A DNA stretch of 63,324 nucleotides, counting the filler, from Octopus bimaculoides (lineage: Eukaryota), in the NCBI RefSeq assembly GCF_001194135.2. It is 8 parts of 8 records of this genome, joined end to end, with 100 filler letters (N's around TTAATTAATTAA, not from the genome) between each part and the next. Parts side by side here need not be neighbours in the genome. Positions count along the whole stretch, not along the records: positions 1 to 14,127 come from NC_068989.1; 7 more parts are not named here. One strand, given 5' to 3'. The notes beneath the pieces were generated by a model. It was not told the DNA's origin and did not search any database. It saw nothing but the letters and a program-made list of their open reading frames with translations. How positions within the stretch are numbered: position 1 is the stretch's first letter; every line of letters begins with the position of its first letter. A program made the translations under genes and the position numbers. This document shows positions 1-13,222 of this stretch, piece by piece.

Positions 1-27
1 ATAGGACGGGCATAGTTCAGTTTCCAG

Positions 28-81
28 CTACCAAATCCACTTACAAGGTTATGGTCGACCGGAGCCTATAGTAGAACACAC
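28..81 (-). mobile_element. fragment of octopus tRNA-derived SINE family A (OK-like)
   Basis: Reverse complement matches the internal segment gtgtcttctactatagcctcgggccgacc...gtggatttggtag seen in full copies at 9875 and 51125. Confidence 0.55.
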
Positions 82-87
82 TATAGA

Positions 88-790
88 TAGGTGTATAAAC
101 AACAAGCCGGTGTATTAGTTTGACGCTCGGGAAGGTGAGAAAATCATTTACGTTTCGAGCCTGCGCTCTTCAAAAAGAAGGAATTTGAGGAAATAAACAT
201 AGAGAGAATTTAAAAGTCTTGTGGATTTAGTGGTCAATCATGGTGACTGGTCGGACAAAGATAGTCGGCCAGGAGAGCTAGGAAGAAGGGGAGATAATAA
301 AGTACTGGTGATACCCAGACGAAGGTGCACGTGCGTGTGTGTGTGAGAGAGTGTGTGCGCGTGTGGACAGGGGCTGGTGACTTTGACGTGTGGATGTATG
401 TGCGTGTAAGTGTATGCGTCTGTAATGTGTGGGTGTGAGGGTGATGGTATGGGTGCTGGGACGTAGTTAGTGCTAGTGTGTGAGGAGTGGTGGGGGTGGT
501 GTGATGTAGTGTGGTAGTGTGGTGATGTGTGGCGGTGTTGGGGTGTGGGTATGTGAGGGTGGGGTATGGGTTTGGGTGAGAATGTAGGGGCGGATGTTTG
601 GGGCTAGGGCGGGGTATGTGGGAGTGGGATGTGTAGAGGTGGGGTATGGATGGAGGAGGTATCAATGAAGGGAGAGGGTGGGTAGGAGTGAAGGATGTAA
701 ACTGCTATTACTCAGCATGGTGATGGTGTGACTATGTGAACTTTAAAGATGGCTTTACAAAACCATCAAACCTATATTTTTTAGGCCGTA
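88..790 (-). mobile_element. probable 3' UTR/pLTR of a Penelope-like element with a degenerate hammerhead motif
   Basis: The minus strand at 140-180 reads ttttgaagagcgcaggctcgaaacgta, homologous to 49198-49270. It is preceded on the minus strand by a C/A-rich low-complexity tract (234-700). Confidence 0.45.
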
Positions 791-1559
791 CTGCTGACAA
801 CTTGGGCTACATTCCCTGTGTATTACTGCACAGAAGTCAACAGAACAAGTCAATTGGTTCCTCACCCCAAGCTGCTGAAAATACCCTCATGGAATTAAAT
901 TTAAATCCGGAGTGACATTAAATACATCTGAATATATATCTGTACATTTATTAATTGTTAACTCAAACTACATCGATATTTTAGAAATTAAATATGTTCT
1001 ACATAAACTTATATTAAAATCTTTAATGCACAATGCATTAAAATGTTAACTAGAAATACATATATCGTGAAAAAATCACAATGTTAGTCAATTATGTATA
1101 GCTTTCTAATTATTTCGGAGAAAACTCTGCATCGGAGAAAACTCTGCATATGTTTTGGTCTCATAATGATTTATCAGAAAATCATAGACTTCGTTGTACT
1201 GTGCATAGCAAAGATGGGAGAAACATGCAGTAAAAATACAAAATAGGACACTGGATACTATGAGAAAAATAAAATTGGTTGTAAGATATATAATTCAGTA
1301 ACCAGAATAAGTTATCATTGATTTTTCCTCATTGCATATCTTTTAATGCCCCACCCTGTTGTAAATATCTTAGAACTTGTTATTGTTTTCCCTGCATATG
1401 GCACATCGCAGTTATCTATTCACAGACAAACTGCATTTTTTTTCTTCTTCACATGTTTCATTCGTCAGACTGTGGCCATGCTGGGGCCCCACCGTGAAAA
1501 ACATTTAGTAAAATGAATAGACCCCTATCGGGCACATAAGGTTGTGATGCAGACAGGTA

Positions 1560-2160
1560 ATCAGAATGGGTATACTAGGCTTCGTATGTTTTACCTCAGT
1601 GTCATGAAGAGAGCAATTGGAGGAAGGGGACTGATAAGTGTGGAAGACTGCGTGCATATTGAATTTGAGTGCTTAATGAGATACCTACCCGAAAGTAAGG
1701 AAACCTTGCTAGTGACAGTTAGGAATGAGTGAGTATTGAAAGCAGAGAAAAAAAGGATAAACAAAGGAAGAAGTACAAACAGGACCTGAAGAAGCATTAC
1801 GCATGAAGGGGATACACAATCAATTCCATATAGTCACCATGTAGAGACTGAGAGCACTATACTTGGCTGTGCAAGGCCAAGCTTTGGCCATAAATTGGAG
1901 GGTCAACCTGAAGAAAGAGCGAATGTCTCTGTACTGCATGAGTGGGTTAACCATTGCTCATATCACAAACGAATGCTCTAGATTTTCCCAAAACCAGTAC
2001 AAGTTGTGACGACGCGATAAGGTAGCGAAAGTGCTACATCGGAAACTGCGCGTAAAGAGGGGGGGCTAGAGAGAGGCAAGACGTGGTATGAGCCCAAACC
2101 GCAGTGAGTGGCAGGGTCAGAGACTTGCAAATCCTCTGGGATTTCCCAATCCAAAGAGGT
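1560..2160 (+). mobile_element. decayed R4/Dong-like non-LTR retrotransposon (RLE type)
   Basis: Peptides GGRGLISVEDCV..E...LMRY...SKE.LL and DKVAKVLHRKL...GLERGKTWYEPKP...KILWDFPIQ, interrupted by stops and frameshifts. Confidence 0.7.
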
Positions 2161-2744
2161 CAGCTACTAGAGTATGTATATATGTATGATATATATATAC
2201 ATATATATGAATACTTATATATATAATGTATATATGGACATATGTATGTGTGTGTAAAAGAGAATTCTTCCTATAATGAAGAAGCAAGTTTCTAACAAGG
2301 AGACAAAAGCGCCATCGCTGGAATCTTCATAGTAACAAGAATAATCTTTCTCTGTTGAACTTTTAGAAAATCCTTACATATTGTACAGTTATGGCGGAAA
2401 GAGCAGGCTAGCCGGCCTCTTTATTTGTGGGAAAATCTTGTATTTTTCCATATTGTCACTTGGACATTTACTAACATAGTCAAATACCCCAATAATCATT
2501 CGTATATATTTACGTATGTAGCATATTCTCTTCAGTTTTTAATTATTTAAATTCGTCCTCTGCGGAAGTAGCTGCTTTCTAACAAAGATACAATGCTCCG
2601 TCTTTGGAAAGTAGATAACGCAAACAATGTCACATTTTAAACTTGAGAAAAATCTTGCACATTTTAACTGATAGACTGTTCTACTTATAGACTGTGCGAG
2701 TTGGCTGAATTCTTTTTCTGAATATTCAAGCTTATTAAGTTGGG

Positions 2745-3203
2745 CATTTACTTACAAAACCAAGACTTCCAATAATTAATGTAAATGCAAATTTGTAATC
2801 TGGATATTGAAGGTGGATATTTCGAAGCAGTTATTCATAGTTATCTTCTCTCTCTTTAATTTTCAAAGACATATTCACATCAGCGAGACAGCTGATCTCA
2901 TACATTTTCTTGTCTGTCCAAAACAACACTATCCAGCCTGTTATGCTTACACTTGATAGATGTTTCGATGGAAATGCTCCACCTGTATTCCTTGTGCTGA
3001 TATTCAATAACAGGGGGATTTCCTCTATTTTTTCCAGGACTCTCTTTTTTCCGGTTTTCATTGTATATTGATTTTGCAACAACCTCCTGTCGCATACAGA
3101 GGTAGTACCTTGATGACACATATGGGCAGCTGTTAATCACATGTGTGATATCTTCCACAGAAATATGATAATCTACATTTTCAGTTGCATCTTGAAACTC
3201 CAA
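2745..3203 (-). mobile_element. decayed RLE-type non-LTR retrotransposon, C-terminal zinc knuckle and endonuclease
   Basis: ITHVINSCPYVSSRYYLCMRQEVVAKSIY ... KCKHNRLDSVVLDR, then EISCLADVNMSLKIKEREDNY.LLRN..LQYPDYKF. Same family as 18681-18960. Confidence 0.75.
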
Positions 3204-3425
3204 GTGCTTCTCTGACCCTTTTGTTTATTAGGTGTGTATGCATGTATGTAAGTATGTATGCATGTATGTGTGTGTGTGTGTGTATATGTATGCATATACT
3301 GGTGTTAAAGCAACCTAAACCTGAAATACCATGTGAATCGGCCTTTATGTGTATATCTGTATGGTCTACGTACGCATGCATGTATGTATAAGTGTGTTCA
3401 TGTACTGATGTATGTATACATACAT

Positions 3426-3559
3426 GTATGGAAGTATGAGAAAGTTAGGTAAGTGGGTAGATTAGGTGGAAGATAGTTAAGCATTCTGATCGTGGTGATT
3501 ACGCCCTAACACAACTGGACATTTAACACATTGTATTGAAAGCTTAGTGCCTATTTAAA
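3426..3559. repeat. unclassified ~120-135 bp interspersed repeat, copy 1
   Basis: Near-identical to 5578-5696 (ttaagcattctgatcgtggt.attacgccctaac...tattgaaagctta.tgcctatttaaa). Confidence 0.75.
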
Positions 3560-4815
3560 CAATTATTGAATTAATAACGTTCTAATTAGTAGTACTTACC
3601 GTTAAGCAGTCGAAATTAATTAAGCCATTGCTCTGATGCCGAATCATACGCCTTGATAGATGTCAAAATGAGCGATGACTTCGCCTGGCTTTCCGCCAGC
3701 CATAACGGAATGCTTTCGCTTCCTTATTTTGTTCTGCTTTATTTTTATTTGCCTTTCGTTCGAATCGCTACTTTTAAATAAGCAATTGTCCGTGTTACTA
3801 GCTTCATCTCATTAATTTTATATTTACTTTGATGTAAATCATTGAATTCAATACTGTATGATTCATGCTACATTAAATTTTTTTTTCGAAATAAATGTTT
3901 TCCCTTGTTTTGTATTTTTTTGTTTTTTTTCTTTCTGCCTCATATATATTTCTTTACTCTCTAAATATGTTTAATGCTAAAATACAGTAAAGACAGAAAC
4001 GATAGACTGATATTTTAAATCTACTTTAGAGATTTCTGTTTTGCAGTAGAACTCAGAGTAGATAAATGATATTGTGCAGAATGTTGAGGTCAAAAAAACC
4101 TTTAGCTGAAAAGAAACAAAAGTCCCTCAGTCTTCGACATGACATTTTCTTTTCTATACAAGTTTCTTTTTTAAAACCCCAATAGTCTGCACGCTATTAT
4201 TTAAGGCATTATCTTCTTCGAACTCCATCATCAAAAAATTTACTTCATATATCTCGAAGTTTCTAACTTCTTATGATGTGATAATCTAAATTTACAGTAT
4301 TTATATTATTCGTTTTGAAAAGAAATCTCACCCCCTTCAACGAGAAATGTCCCACACTCACCTTTCGAATTTTCTATTCAAGCGTCTTTTTTTTTTAATA
4401 TATCGACGTTCTACTTGCTAGTATTTATGATTGTATCTTCATCGAATTCCATCGTAAAAAAAAATTACTTAATATCATTCAAAATTTCTTATTTCTTATA
4501 ATGCAAACATTTACCTTATAATGTTTATTTATATTATGCATTTATCTACATTTTTGAATAGAAGTCTCAGCGAAGGCGACATTGACTTACATTCTCCGTA
4601 GTTGATAACGATATTAACACCAAGCATACAATTTCATTACTTACTTGGCTATACAATTAAATTGACAGTATTCTTCCTCGTTCACGTATTTGATTGAATA
4701 CTGCTGTTAAGATATTTACAAATTATTTACCATTCCACAGACATTTAATGCAGGAAATTTAAATTTTATAGCATACCACTCTCTTCAAATGAGCGTAGTT
4801 GTTGTTGTTGTTAAG

Positions 4816-5029
4816 GAGACAAGCGGGCAGAATCGTTAGCACGCTGGATGAAATACTTAGTGGTACTTCTCCAGTCGCTATGTTCTGAGCTCTAATTCCG
4901 CCAAGGTCAACTTTGCCTTTCATCCTTTCAGAGTCGATAAATTAAGTACCAGTGAAATACTGAGGTCGATGTAATTGACTCATCTCCTCCCCACCAAAAA
5001 TGGTGACCTTTGTGGCAAAATTTAAAACA

Positions 5030-5067
<38 letters not shown>

Positions 5068-5120
5068 GTACCAGCGAAACACTGGGATCAATGTAATCGA
5101 CTAATCCCCTTCCCCCTAAA
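4816..5120 (+). mobile_element. tRNA-derived SINE family B (OR-like) with (ATT)n tail and a partial second copy
   Basis: ggcagaatcgttagcac head and ttccgcc.aggtc.actttgcctttcatcctttc..gtcgataaattaagtacc core, followed by an ATT tail. Confidence 0.8.
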
Positions 5121-5136
5121 AAAATTCATCCCAAGG

Positions 5137-6232
5137 ATTATTATTATCATTTTCCGATTGAATTGCATTTTCTTTCATCTTCTGACCGTATCTCAACTAG
5201 AGACCTAAGGCACGTACCCACATTCCTGAGAATGTGGGTGCTTGCTGTCAATACAAGTTTTTGAGTCTCGTAAATTGTTGGTTTCCCAAGGATCTGGTCA
5301 AAAATTTGTCAGTACCTTTCTTGATCATTCCTAGGACACCTACAACATCGGGAATGGTTTTGGTTTTTAATTGCCACATCCTAGATATCTCAATCTCAAG
5401 GTCCCCTTATTTCGGTAGTTTTTCGAATTCCTTCGCTTAGATATTTCTATCAGTTAGTACTTTCATGTTAATTAACAGGCATGGTTTTCGTTTTAGGTAT
5501 TTGATGATGCTGTCTGGTCTGTTAGTATTTATTTGCCTGTCTGTATGTCTTCCATAATCCAAATAGGATGGTAACTTGTACGGAAGTATGGGGGAGTTAG
5601 ATAAGTAGGTAGATTAAGCATTCTGATCGTGGTAATTACGCCCTAACATAACTGGACATTTAACACAATGTATTGAAAGCTTAATGCCTATTTAAATAGA
5701 TGGCTCTGGATGGTGTTCATACCAGTTCTTAGGCTGCGGATACCATAGTGTCGGCATATTATCCAGTGCAAGTATTGGTCAACTCGATCATGCCTGGAGG
5801 GAAAAAGACTGAGCAACCGAAAATAATGTGATTAATAGTCTCGAGTTTGTCATTCCAGAATCTACACTTTGTGTCTACTTCATTGTGTGTGGCATTAGTT
5901 TGAGGCGACTCTGGTCTTGTGCTGCTAGGATGAATCCTTCTGTTTCGGCTTTCACACCAACACTAAGAAGTTCAGCTCAGTATTCAGGACCATTCTGACA
6001 CATCTATAATACTCTTTCTTGATCTTCTATTTCATTGATCCGGGTTGAATCCCTTCCTTTCGTGTATCCAAAGATACTTAAAGAAGCCTTCTTGATCCAG
6101 GTCCTTGATGATCAAATTGGGCTGTGGTATCAGATGTCAGTTTACCACGTTAGAATGAAATGAAGCTTTTGCACACTTGTCAAGGCCAAATTCAATATTG
6201 ACGACCTGCTTGTAATAGTAACCAAACTACTC
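5137..6232 (-). mobile_element. 5'-truncated, internally deleted R4/Dong-like LINE with (TAA)n tail
   Basis: Minus-strand peptides EFGLDKCAK (RT), KAETEGFILAAQDQS, KCRF.NDKLETINHII.GCS, RHDRV.QYLHWIIC..YG, KNWYEHHPE, NRPD..I...K...CLLIN, DLEIEISRMWQLKT (RLE endonuclease). Ends in an ATT/TAA repeat at 5137-5147. Confidence 0.85.
5578..5696. repeat. unclassified repeat, copy 2, inserted within the R4/Dong-like LINE
   Basis: Interrupts the LINE between KNWYEHHPEP and VTIL. Matches 3426-3559. Confidence 0.7.
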
Positions 6233-8618
6233 GTAAGTTACTCCTTAATATCTTTTAAAAGATAAGATACATTGGATAATGCATCACGTTTGAAACAGAA
6301 GTCATGGCGGATTGCCTTTGACTTTATCTCTATCCTATCATGGCTGACTTGAGGCGAAGCAATAACAACAACTACAATAATAATTGTAACAAGGAGAAGC
6401 GAGTATTCAAGCGCCAAAATAAACAGTAAAAATAGCAACAAAATAGAGAGGTAATGACGACAAACATATTTTATATAAGATTAAATACACACATGCATTC
6501 CGACAGTAACAAAAAAACCGTAAATGTAAAAAGAACAGCTATAAACCAGTATGAAACAATGAAATTATTCCCAACAGCAAAATATCTGTAGCGAAACAAA
6601 AAACAAATAATTATGTTCCACATTTCCAGATGCCTTGCACACAAAACGATTTATAATCTCGCTTAGACGAGATTTCAGAAATATAAAAAATTCGGCCACA
6701 AATGTAGTTTGAGGAAAAGTCACTACGCTGTACGTGCTTTTTGAAAACTGTAGGGTCTTTGTTTGTAGCGATCGTTATAAAAGATTTGGAGAAGGTGGTG
6801 AATATTTGCTCGGACAATGCAACAATTGTCTGAAGATGAAGGTTGTCTGGAGAAAGGGCATTAATTCTAAATACCTTCACCACAAGATGTCTATGGTCGA
6901 AGAATCTAATGCTCACAGCGGTGAGAAGAACGATGATATTGTTCGCATGTAGTGATAAAAAATATCTAATGGGTCTGTGATCGAAAATGCAACAGTAACA
7001 GTAACAAACTATAATCTGTAGCAATAAATATTCAAGCACTTATTAAAAAGGACAACAAAATCAATAACAAAAACAAAAATTTTTTTTCACTTTATTTGTT
7101 GCTTTGCCACAAGTAATCCTATTGGAATTGAGCAAAGAACATCGATATGGCTCATAATCTGGAGTGGCAACGAATAAAAGACGGTTTACTACTTCAAAAC
7201 GTACACCAATCTGCACGTGAGTTGTTTATCGTAGCAGCAACCCCAATTTAAAAGTTGCAGTCCATAACTCACAAAACCGATTACAGGTCAGGAGTAGGAA
7301 ACAGAGCAATATGACATAAAAGAGCATATTCTACAAAATACGAAATTTCAAAGCTTCATCCAACAGAACAGAGGTCACGTCACACTGGATAGTTTTCCTT
7401 TTTCTGTACTGACTCCGACAGCTTGCTACCAATGACCTTCTTTCACCGTCTGTGCAGTGGCAGGGACTTCTGATCGTTGACTTCTGACATTCCATTTGAC
7501 TTGAAATACTAACAAAAGTAGTTGTTGTTACAGTTCTTTTGTTAATATCGTACAACTTCACTTTTTTTCCTGCTGTTTTTGTTAGTAATATTTTTATAAT
7601 GTACAGATCAAGCCCAATACTGGAGTAATACTAATTTCAATGAACCTGAGACAGTTGAAAGGTTGAGCCCACTGAGATTTGAACTGAGAAAGTAAAAGGA
7701 TAGTACAACAAAACAACGCACTTAATGTAATACAACACTGTACGAGTACGTTTTGTAGAGCATTCACCACCATTATACGACCTCATAGATTGACTGTAAT
7801 GAAAACAAACTAATCGACTAAGGCAACAATTATAATAATTAGAGGTAAAGTAATTAGCTATATCCACGAGAGGTCGAGCGCATGTAAGTGAGAGAGAGAG
7901 AGAGAGAGAGAGTGTGTGTGTGTGTGTGTGTGTGTGAGTGAGAAAGAGGTATGGATGCAGGAGACAATTCTAATGAATTCTTTTGCACAGCTAATTGATT
8001 AGTTTAAATCCAGATGATAATTATGACTAGTCAAACTTCAAACGTGAAACCAAACACGACTTTATTTGAAGTCAACGAGTCGCGACATACAAACTAAAGC
8101 ATTTAGGTTTCGGTTCTCCTGACCATCACGTTCCAAGGGACTGATAAAAACGATTTCTTACAATTGTAGATAACCAAGAGTTATTGATTTATTTGTATAT
8201 TTTTTGGGGTTTGATCTGAAGCAGGAATCTGAGGTCAAGGTTTTGGATGCAATTAATGATTTTTTTTTTTGGATAGTTGCAAATCAACAGCCGTGAGGAA
8301 AACACGGGTACGGAAAATATCTCCATGCTAGAAAAACTCTGGAAAAACAAGGGTTGGGATCAGTGATTAGTGCAGTGAATGAGGTTACAGGATGCGCAGT
8401 GTATGGGTGTCGGGGAGAAGAGGGATGAGACGAGAGTACTCGGATGAAGATGGTTCAAGACCAGCCAACCCCGAGGAACAGAGGCCACTGTAGTGTCAAC
8501 GGAAAAGTTAGAGAGAGGAAACAGCATTATACGGGTCGAAGTTTGCTCCGGGTATAAAAATCAACAACAAAGCAACAGCAACCACAAATACACACACGCG
8601 CATACACGTCTCGACATG

Positions 8619-8653
<35 letters not shown>

Positions 8654-9874
8654 NNNNNNNNNNNNNNNNNNNNNNNNNNNNNNNNNNNNNNNNNNNNNNN
8701 NNNNNNNNNNNNNNNNNNNNNNNNNNNNNNNNNNNNNNNNNNNNNNNNNNNNNNNNNNNNNNNNNNNNNNNNNNNNNNNNNNNNNNNNNNNNNNNNNNNN
8801 NNNNNNNNNNNNNNNNNNNNNNNNNNNNNNNNNNNNNNNNNNNNNNNNNNNNNNNNNNNNNNNNNNNNNNNNNNNNNNNNNNNNNNNNNNNNNNNNNNNN
8901 NNNNNNNNNNNNNNNNNNNNNNNNNNNNNNNNNNNNNNNNNNNNNNNNNNNNNNNNNNNNNNNNNNNNNNNNNNNNNNNNNNNNNNNNNNNNNNNNNNNN
9001 NNNNNNNNNNNNNNNNNNNNNNNNNNNNNNNNNNNNNNNNNNNNNNNNNNNNNNNNNNNNNNNNNNNNNNNNNNNNNNNNNNNNNNNNNNNNNNNNNNNN
9101 NNNNNNNNNNNNNNNNNNNNNNNNNNNNNNNNNNNNNNNNNNNNNNNNNNNNNNNNNNNNNNNNNNNNNNNNNNNNNNNNNNNNNNNNNNNNNNNNNNNN
9201 NNNNNNNNNNNNNNNNNNNNNNNNNNNNNNNNNNNNNNNNNNNNNNNNNNNNNNNNNNNNNNNNNNNNNNNNNNNNNNNNNNNNNNNNNNNNNNNNNNNN
9301 NNNNNNNNNNNNNNNNNNNNNNNNNNNNNNNNNNNNNNNNNNNNNNNNNNNNNNNNNNNNNNNNNNNNNNNNNNNNNNNNNNNNNNNNNNNNNNNNNNNN
9401 NNNNNNNNNNNNNNNNNNNNNNNNNNNNNNNNNNNNNNNNNNNNNNNNNNNNNNNNNNNNNNNNNNNNNNNNNNNNNNNNNNNNNNNNNNNNNNNNNNNN
9501 NNNNNNNNNNNNNNNNNNNNNNNNNNNNNNNNNNNNNNNNNNNNNNNNNNNNNNNNNNNNNNNNNNNNNNNNNNNNNNNNNNNNNNNNNNNNNNNNNNNN
9601 NNNNNNNNNNNNNNNNNNNNNNNNNNNNNNNNNNNNNNNNNNNNNNACACAGGTGAAAATAGGGGAAAAGCGGGAAAATGAAATAAAGAACCCAGAAACA
9701 GAAACAGGTTTGAAATCGTTGCCTTTTGCGAGGTAATGCTTGTTCTTGACGTCATTCATTGTCAAAGTCACGGACAGAAAAGGTAACTCTTTCAAGTTTA
9801 GACACAAGACTTGAAATGTGAGAGAGGTGTTAGCCGATATCATCCAAACTATTACATTTTTGTTATATGTACGC

Positions 9875-10436
9875 GTAGGAGTGGCTGTGTGGTAAGTAGC
9901 TTGCTTACCAACCACATGGTCCCGGGTTCAGTCCCACTGCGTTGCATCTTGGGCAAGTGCCTTCTACTATAGCCTCGGGCCGACCAAACCTTGTGAGTGG
10001 ATTTGGTAGACGGAAACTGAAAGAAGCCCGTCGTATATATATATATATATATATATATATNNNNNNNNNNNNNNNNNNNNNNNNNNNNNNNNNNNNNNNN
10101 NNNNNNNNNNNNNNNNNNNNNNNNNNNNNNNNNNNNNNNNNNNNNNNNNNNNNNNNNNNNNNNNNNNNNNNNNNNNNNNNNNNNNNNNNNNNNNNNNNNN
10201 NNNNNNNNNNNNNNNNNNNNNNNNNNNNNNNNNNNNNNNNNNNNNNNNNNNNNNNNNNNNNNNNNNNNNNNNNNNNNNNNNNNNNNNNNNNNNNNNNNNN
10301 NNNNNNNNNNNNNNNNNNNNNNNNNNNNNNNNNNNNNNNNNNNNNNNNNNNTGGGGTCGATTTGCTCGACTAAAGGCGGTGCTCCAGCATGGCCACAGTC
10401 AAAAGACTGAAACAAGTAAAAGAGTAAAAGAGTACC
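9875..10436 (+). mobile_element. full-length SINE family A (OK-like) with an internal (TA)n that causes an assembly gap
   Basis: tRNA-like head gtaggagtggctgtgtggtaag...ccgggttcagtccc. 3' end ggggtcgatttgctcgactaaaggcggtgctccagcatggcc...(gtaaaaga)n. Confidence 0.9.
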
Positions 10437-11680
10437 CTGGAGAGATAAATTCCAAAAATGACTTCTGCAAGGCTTGAATTCAGGGTTCAAACAGGCTGAA
10501 TAAATACAGTAAAATATTGTCTCTAAAGATCTAACGATTTTGGCAAAACATCGTCAGGGAAAATAAGATTATATTAGCATAATTTCATGCATTTATAGAG
10601 AGAAAAGTTCGATTATTTAGCGTGCATGATGCGTTTATTCATAGCAATACGAGCAAATAATAAAGTGCATCTATAGTCATTTGAAGTGAAAAGAAGTATA
10701 TTTCTGATAATTAGGTTATTGAACCTGGAAGGTGAAAATTATAGTTTATTCCAGTACTATTTAAACTCAGAACGTACATGGCTGCGATTAAAAAAACGGA
10801 ATAGATTTACTTTGGCACTCTAGCTCTATTGTTTCTTTTAGTCTACCGTACTTGAGGTAATATAATTCGAAGAATTTGCGGTCTTTAGAACTCGGATCAA
10901 GTTCCTTGAGGGTCGAGTTTCTGGGATCGAGCTCCACTGATGTCACCTTCATACTATATCATTCCAGGGTCGATAAATAAAGTACTTGTCCCAAAATAGG
11001 ATAGATTATTGTCTTCTTCTTCTTCTTCTTCTTCTTCTTCTTCTTCTTCTTCTTCTTCTTCTTCTTCTTCTTCTCTCCCTCTCTCTCTCTCTCTCTCGCT
11101 CTCTCTCTCTCTCTTTTTCTCTCTGCACATAGAGACGTATTTGCATGCACACACACGTACGTATATTCATATAGCTATTGCAATGTTCTACTCTGTCGCT
11201 AGTCTTTTACGTCTTTGTTTTTGTTTTTGCTATGTCTCTTACATTCTCTGTTTATTTTTTCATTTAATTACGTTTGTATAAACTAGATGGACTTAGGTAT
11301 AAAAAGTCTACACTTATTTCATATAATAACTGTTGATTACTATCTTGCAAGATGTCAACCTTGTTCTACCGATACATACATACATACATACATACATACA
11401 TACATACATACATAAATGTTCGTATGTACGTATGTCTGTCTGTATTTATATAGACAGACATACGCACAGACGAAGACAGAGAGGGAGACGTTGTTCGTGT
11501 CTTTTCTCACTGTTTGAGACGAAGGTCTTTTTTTCTCTTTTTCGCACTATTACTCGCTAAGTGACTTTTCTTAGCCTTGTCGAATAACTACCACATGCAC
11601 GTATTTATGAATGTATCTTTCTATATATATATTTACATATACATACATACAAACACATACTTGCACACACACACACATAC

Positions 11681-11723
<43 letters not shown>

Positions 11724-11748
11724 CATATTTGTGCTGTATAAGTATGCA

Positions 11749-12921
11749 CAGTGGTCTACGATAAGTTCTTAGCCAAGGGAGTGAAACAGTAAGCCCAATC
11801 AAGTTTTAATAACTCAAAAATACCCAACAAAACTGTCTGAAAATTTGCACTAATATTTGATAGATCCTCCTTTCGCAAGTTTCTCGGATTTAATACGGTC
11901 TTTCATCGTTTTTGACTATGGTAGCAACAATAGTTTGATCCATGCTATTCCATGTTTTCAAGAGAGTGCTTTTGAGGACTGCCACAAAATTAGCTTGAAT
12001 TTGTCTGTCTAGAAACTCACAGACATGCTCGATGGGGTTCAAGTCGAGGCTCTGAGGTACCTACCCGAGGGGTCTGATGCTGTGCCTTTTTCCAGGCATT
12101 TGAAACTTCGCTTGTCTGATATGGTGATCCATCTTCTTGAAAAAGAGATGTTCTTATCCATTTAACCGGTGTCATAAATCGGAAGCAGTACATTTTCTAA
12201 TATTTCACAGTATTTTCGACCGTCCAACCGTTCACGAAAATTAGCTCAGATTTCTCTCCTGCCCAGACAGCCTCCACCCCCTCCCCCACCAACCACGACT
12301 CCAGGCCTGCCATGTTTCACGGTATCTTGCAAACATTCAGCCTTCCAAGTTTCAGTTTTGTCTCTTCATACATAGACTTGCCTTGAATTCGAATATTGGC
12401 AAAACTTACTTTCATCCGACCACATCACAGACTGTCAAAATTCATTTTTTTTTTCCCCTTGTTGTCGTGTTTCCTAACCCAGTCATACTTTATCCCTTCG
12501 TTGATGTCAACGCTTTCCTTCTTGCAATACTTCTTTTATATCCTAGTTCTTTTAGAACTTTTCTTACAGAGTATAGCAACATTTCCATGTTGTTTGCGAC
12601 CTCTCTGATACTAAGACGACGGTTTCTGATCATTTCCCTCTACAGTTCCTTCCTTTTTCTCTATCTGAAACCGTTTGACAATACTATTAACGGTCGGATG
12701 ATTTATTTTAAAAACTTTGCTATTTCTCTGTTCAGCTTATTATTTGCCCTCTTCGAACTCGCTAATTTCTGTGCTTTCTTTAACTTTCATTATGAAATAT
12801 CATTTGAAAAACCTATTAATCTGCTCAAGATAAGAGAAAATTCAATATAGAATGCAGGAAACATTTTACTAATTATGAAATCTCATAAGTTCAGGGTGGC
12901 TAAAATCATCGTAGGCCATTT
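11749..12921 (-). mobile_element. near full-length decayed Tc1 transposon with degenerate TIRs
   Basis: Minus strand: HTH region, WSDESKF, TVKHG, LDGRKYCEILENVLLP, FQEDG, PQSLDLNPIEHV, GGSIKY*. TIRs cagtggtctacgataagttcttagcca (11749) and tggctaaaatcatcgtaggccatt (12897-12920). Confidence 0.85.
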
Positions 12922-13179
12922 TATGTATCTCAGCTACTGTGATTGTTGCACATTTCTATTTCACTTCTATTTTGTCCTCTGCATATTGTCTTTGTATTTT
13001 CATCACTTCAGTGATATTCAGTATCACTATTCGAAAGAGAGCAATAATACGATTCTTGAATATTAAAAGTATCGACACTATTTTGCTTTTGGTCTCCATG
13101 GCTTATGAGAGGATTTCTGTTTATTTGCTATTTATTTGTCCATTCCGATTTTCAGTACTAGATCCGTAGCTCACAAAGT

Positions 13180-13222
<43 letters not shown>

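Noticed and set aside
234-665. 143-aa Pro/His/Thr-rich ORF
   Set aside because: It is the translation of a low-complexity C/A-rich tract within a probable PLE 3' region.
8493-9915. Long ORFs containing X runs (also 15466-16593, 31226-31857, 35454-36357, 43402-44208, 56184-58390)
   Set aside because: They are open only because Ns and microsatellites lack stop codons.
12383-12850. 155-aa hydrophobic plus-strand ORF
   Set aside because: It is the antisense shadow of the Tc1 transposase remnant on the minus strand.
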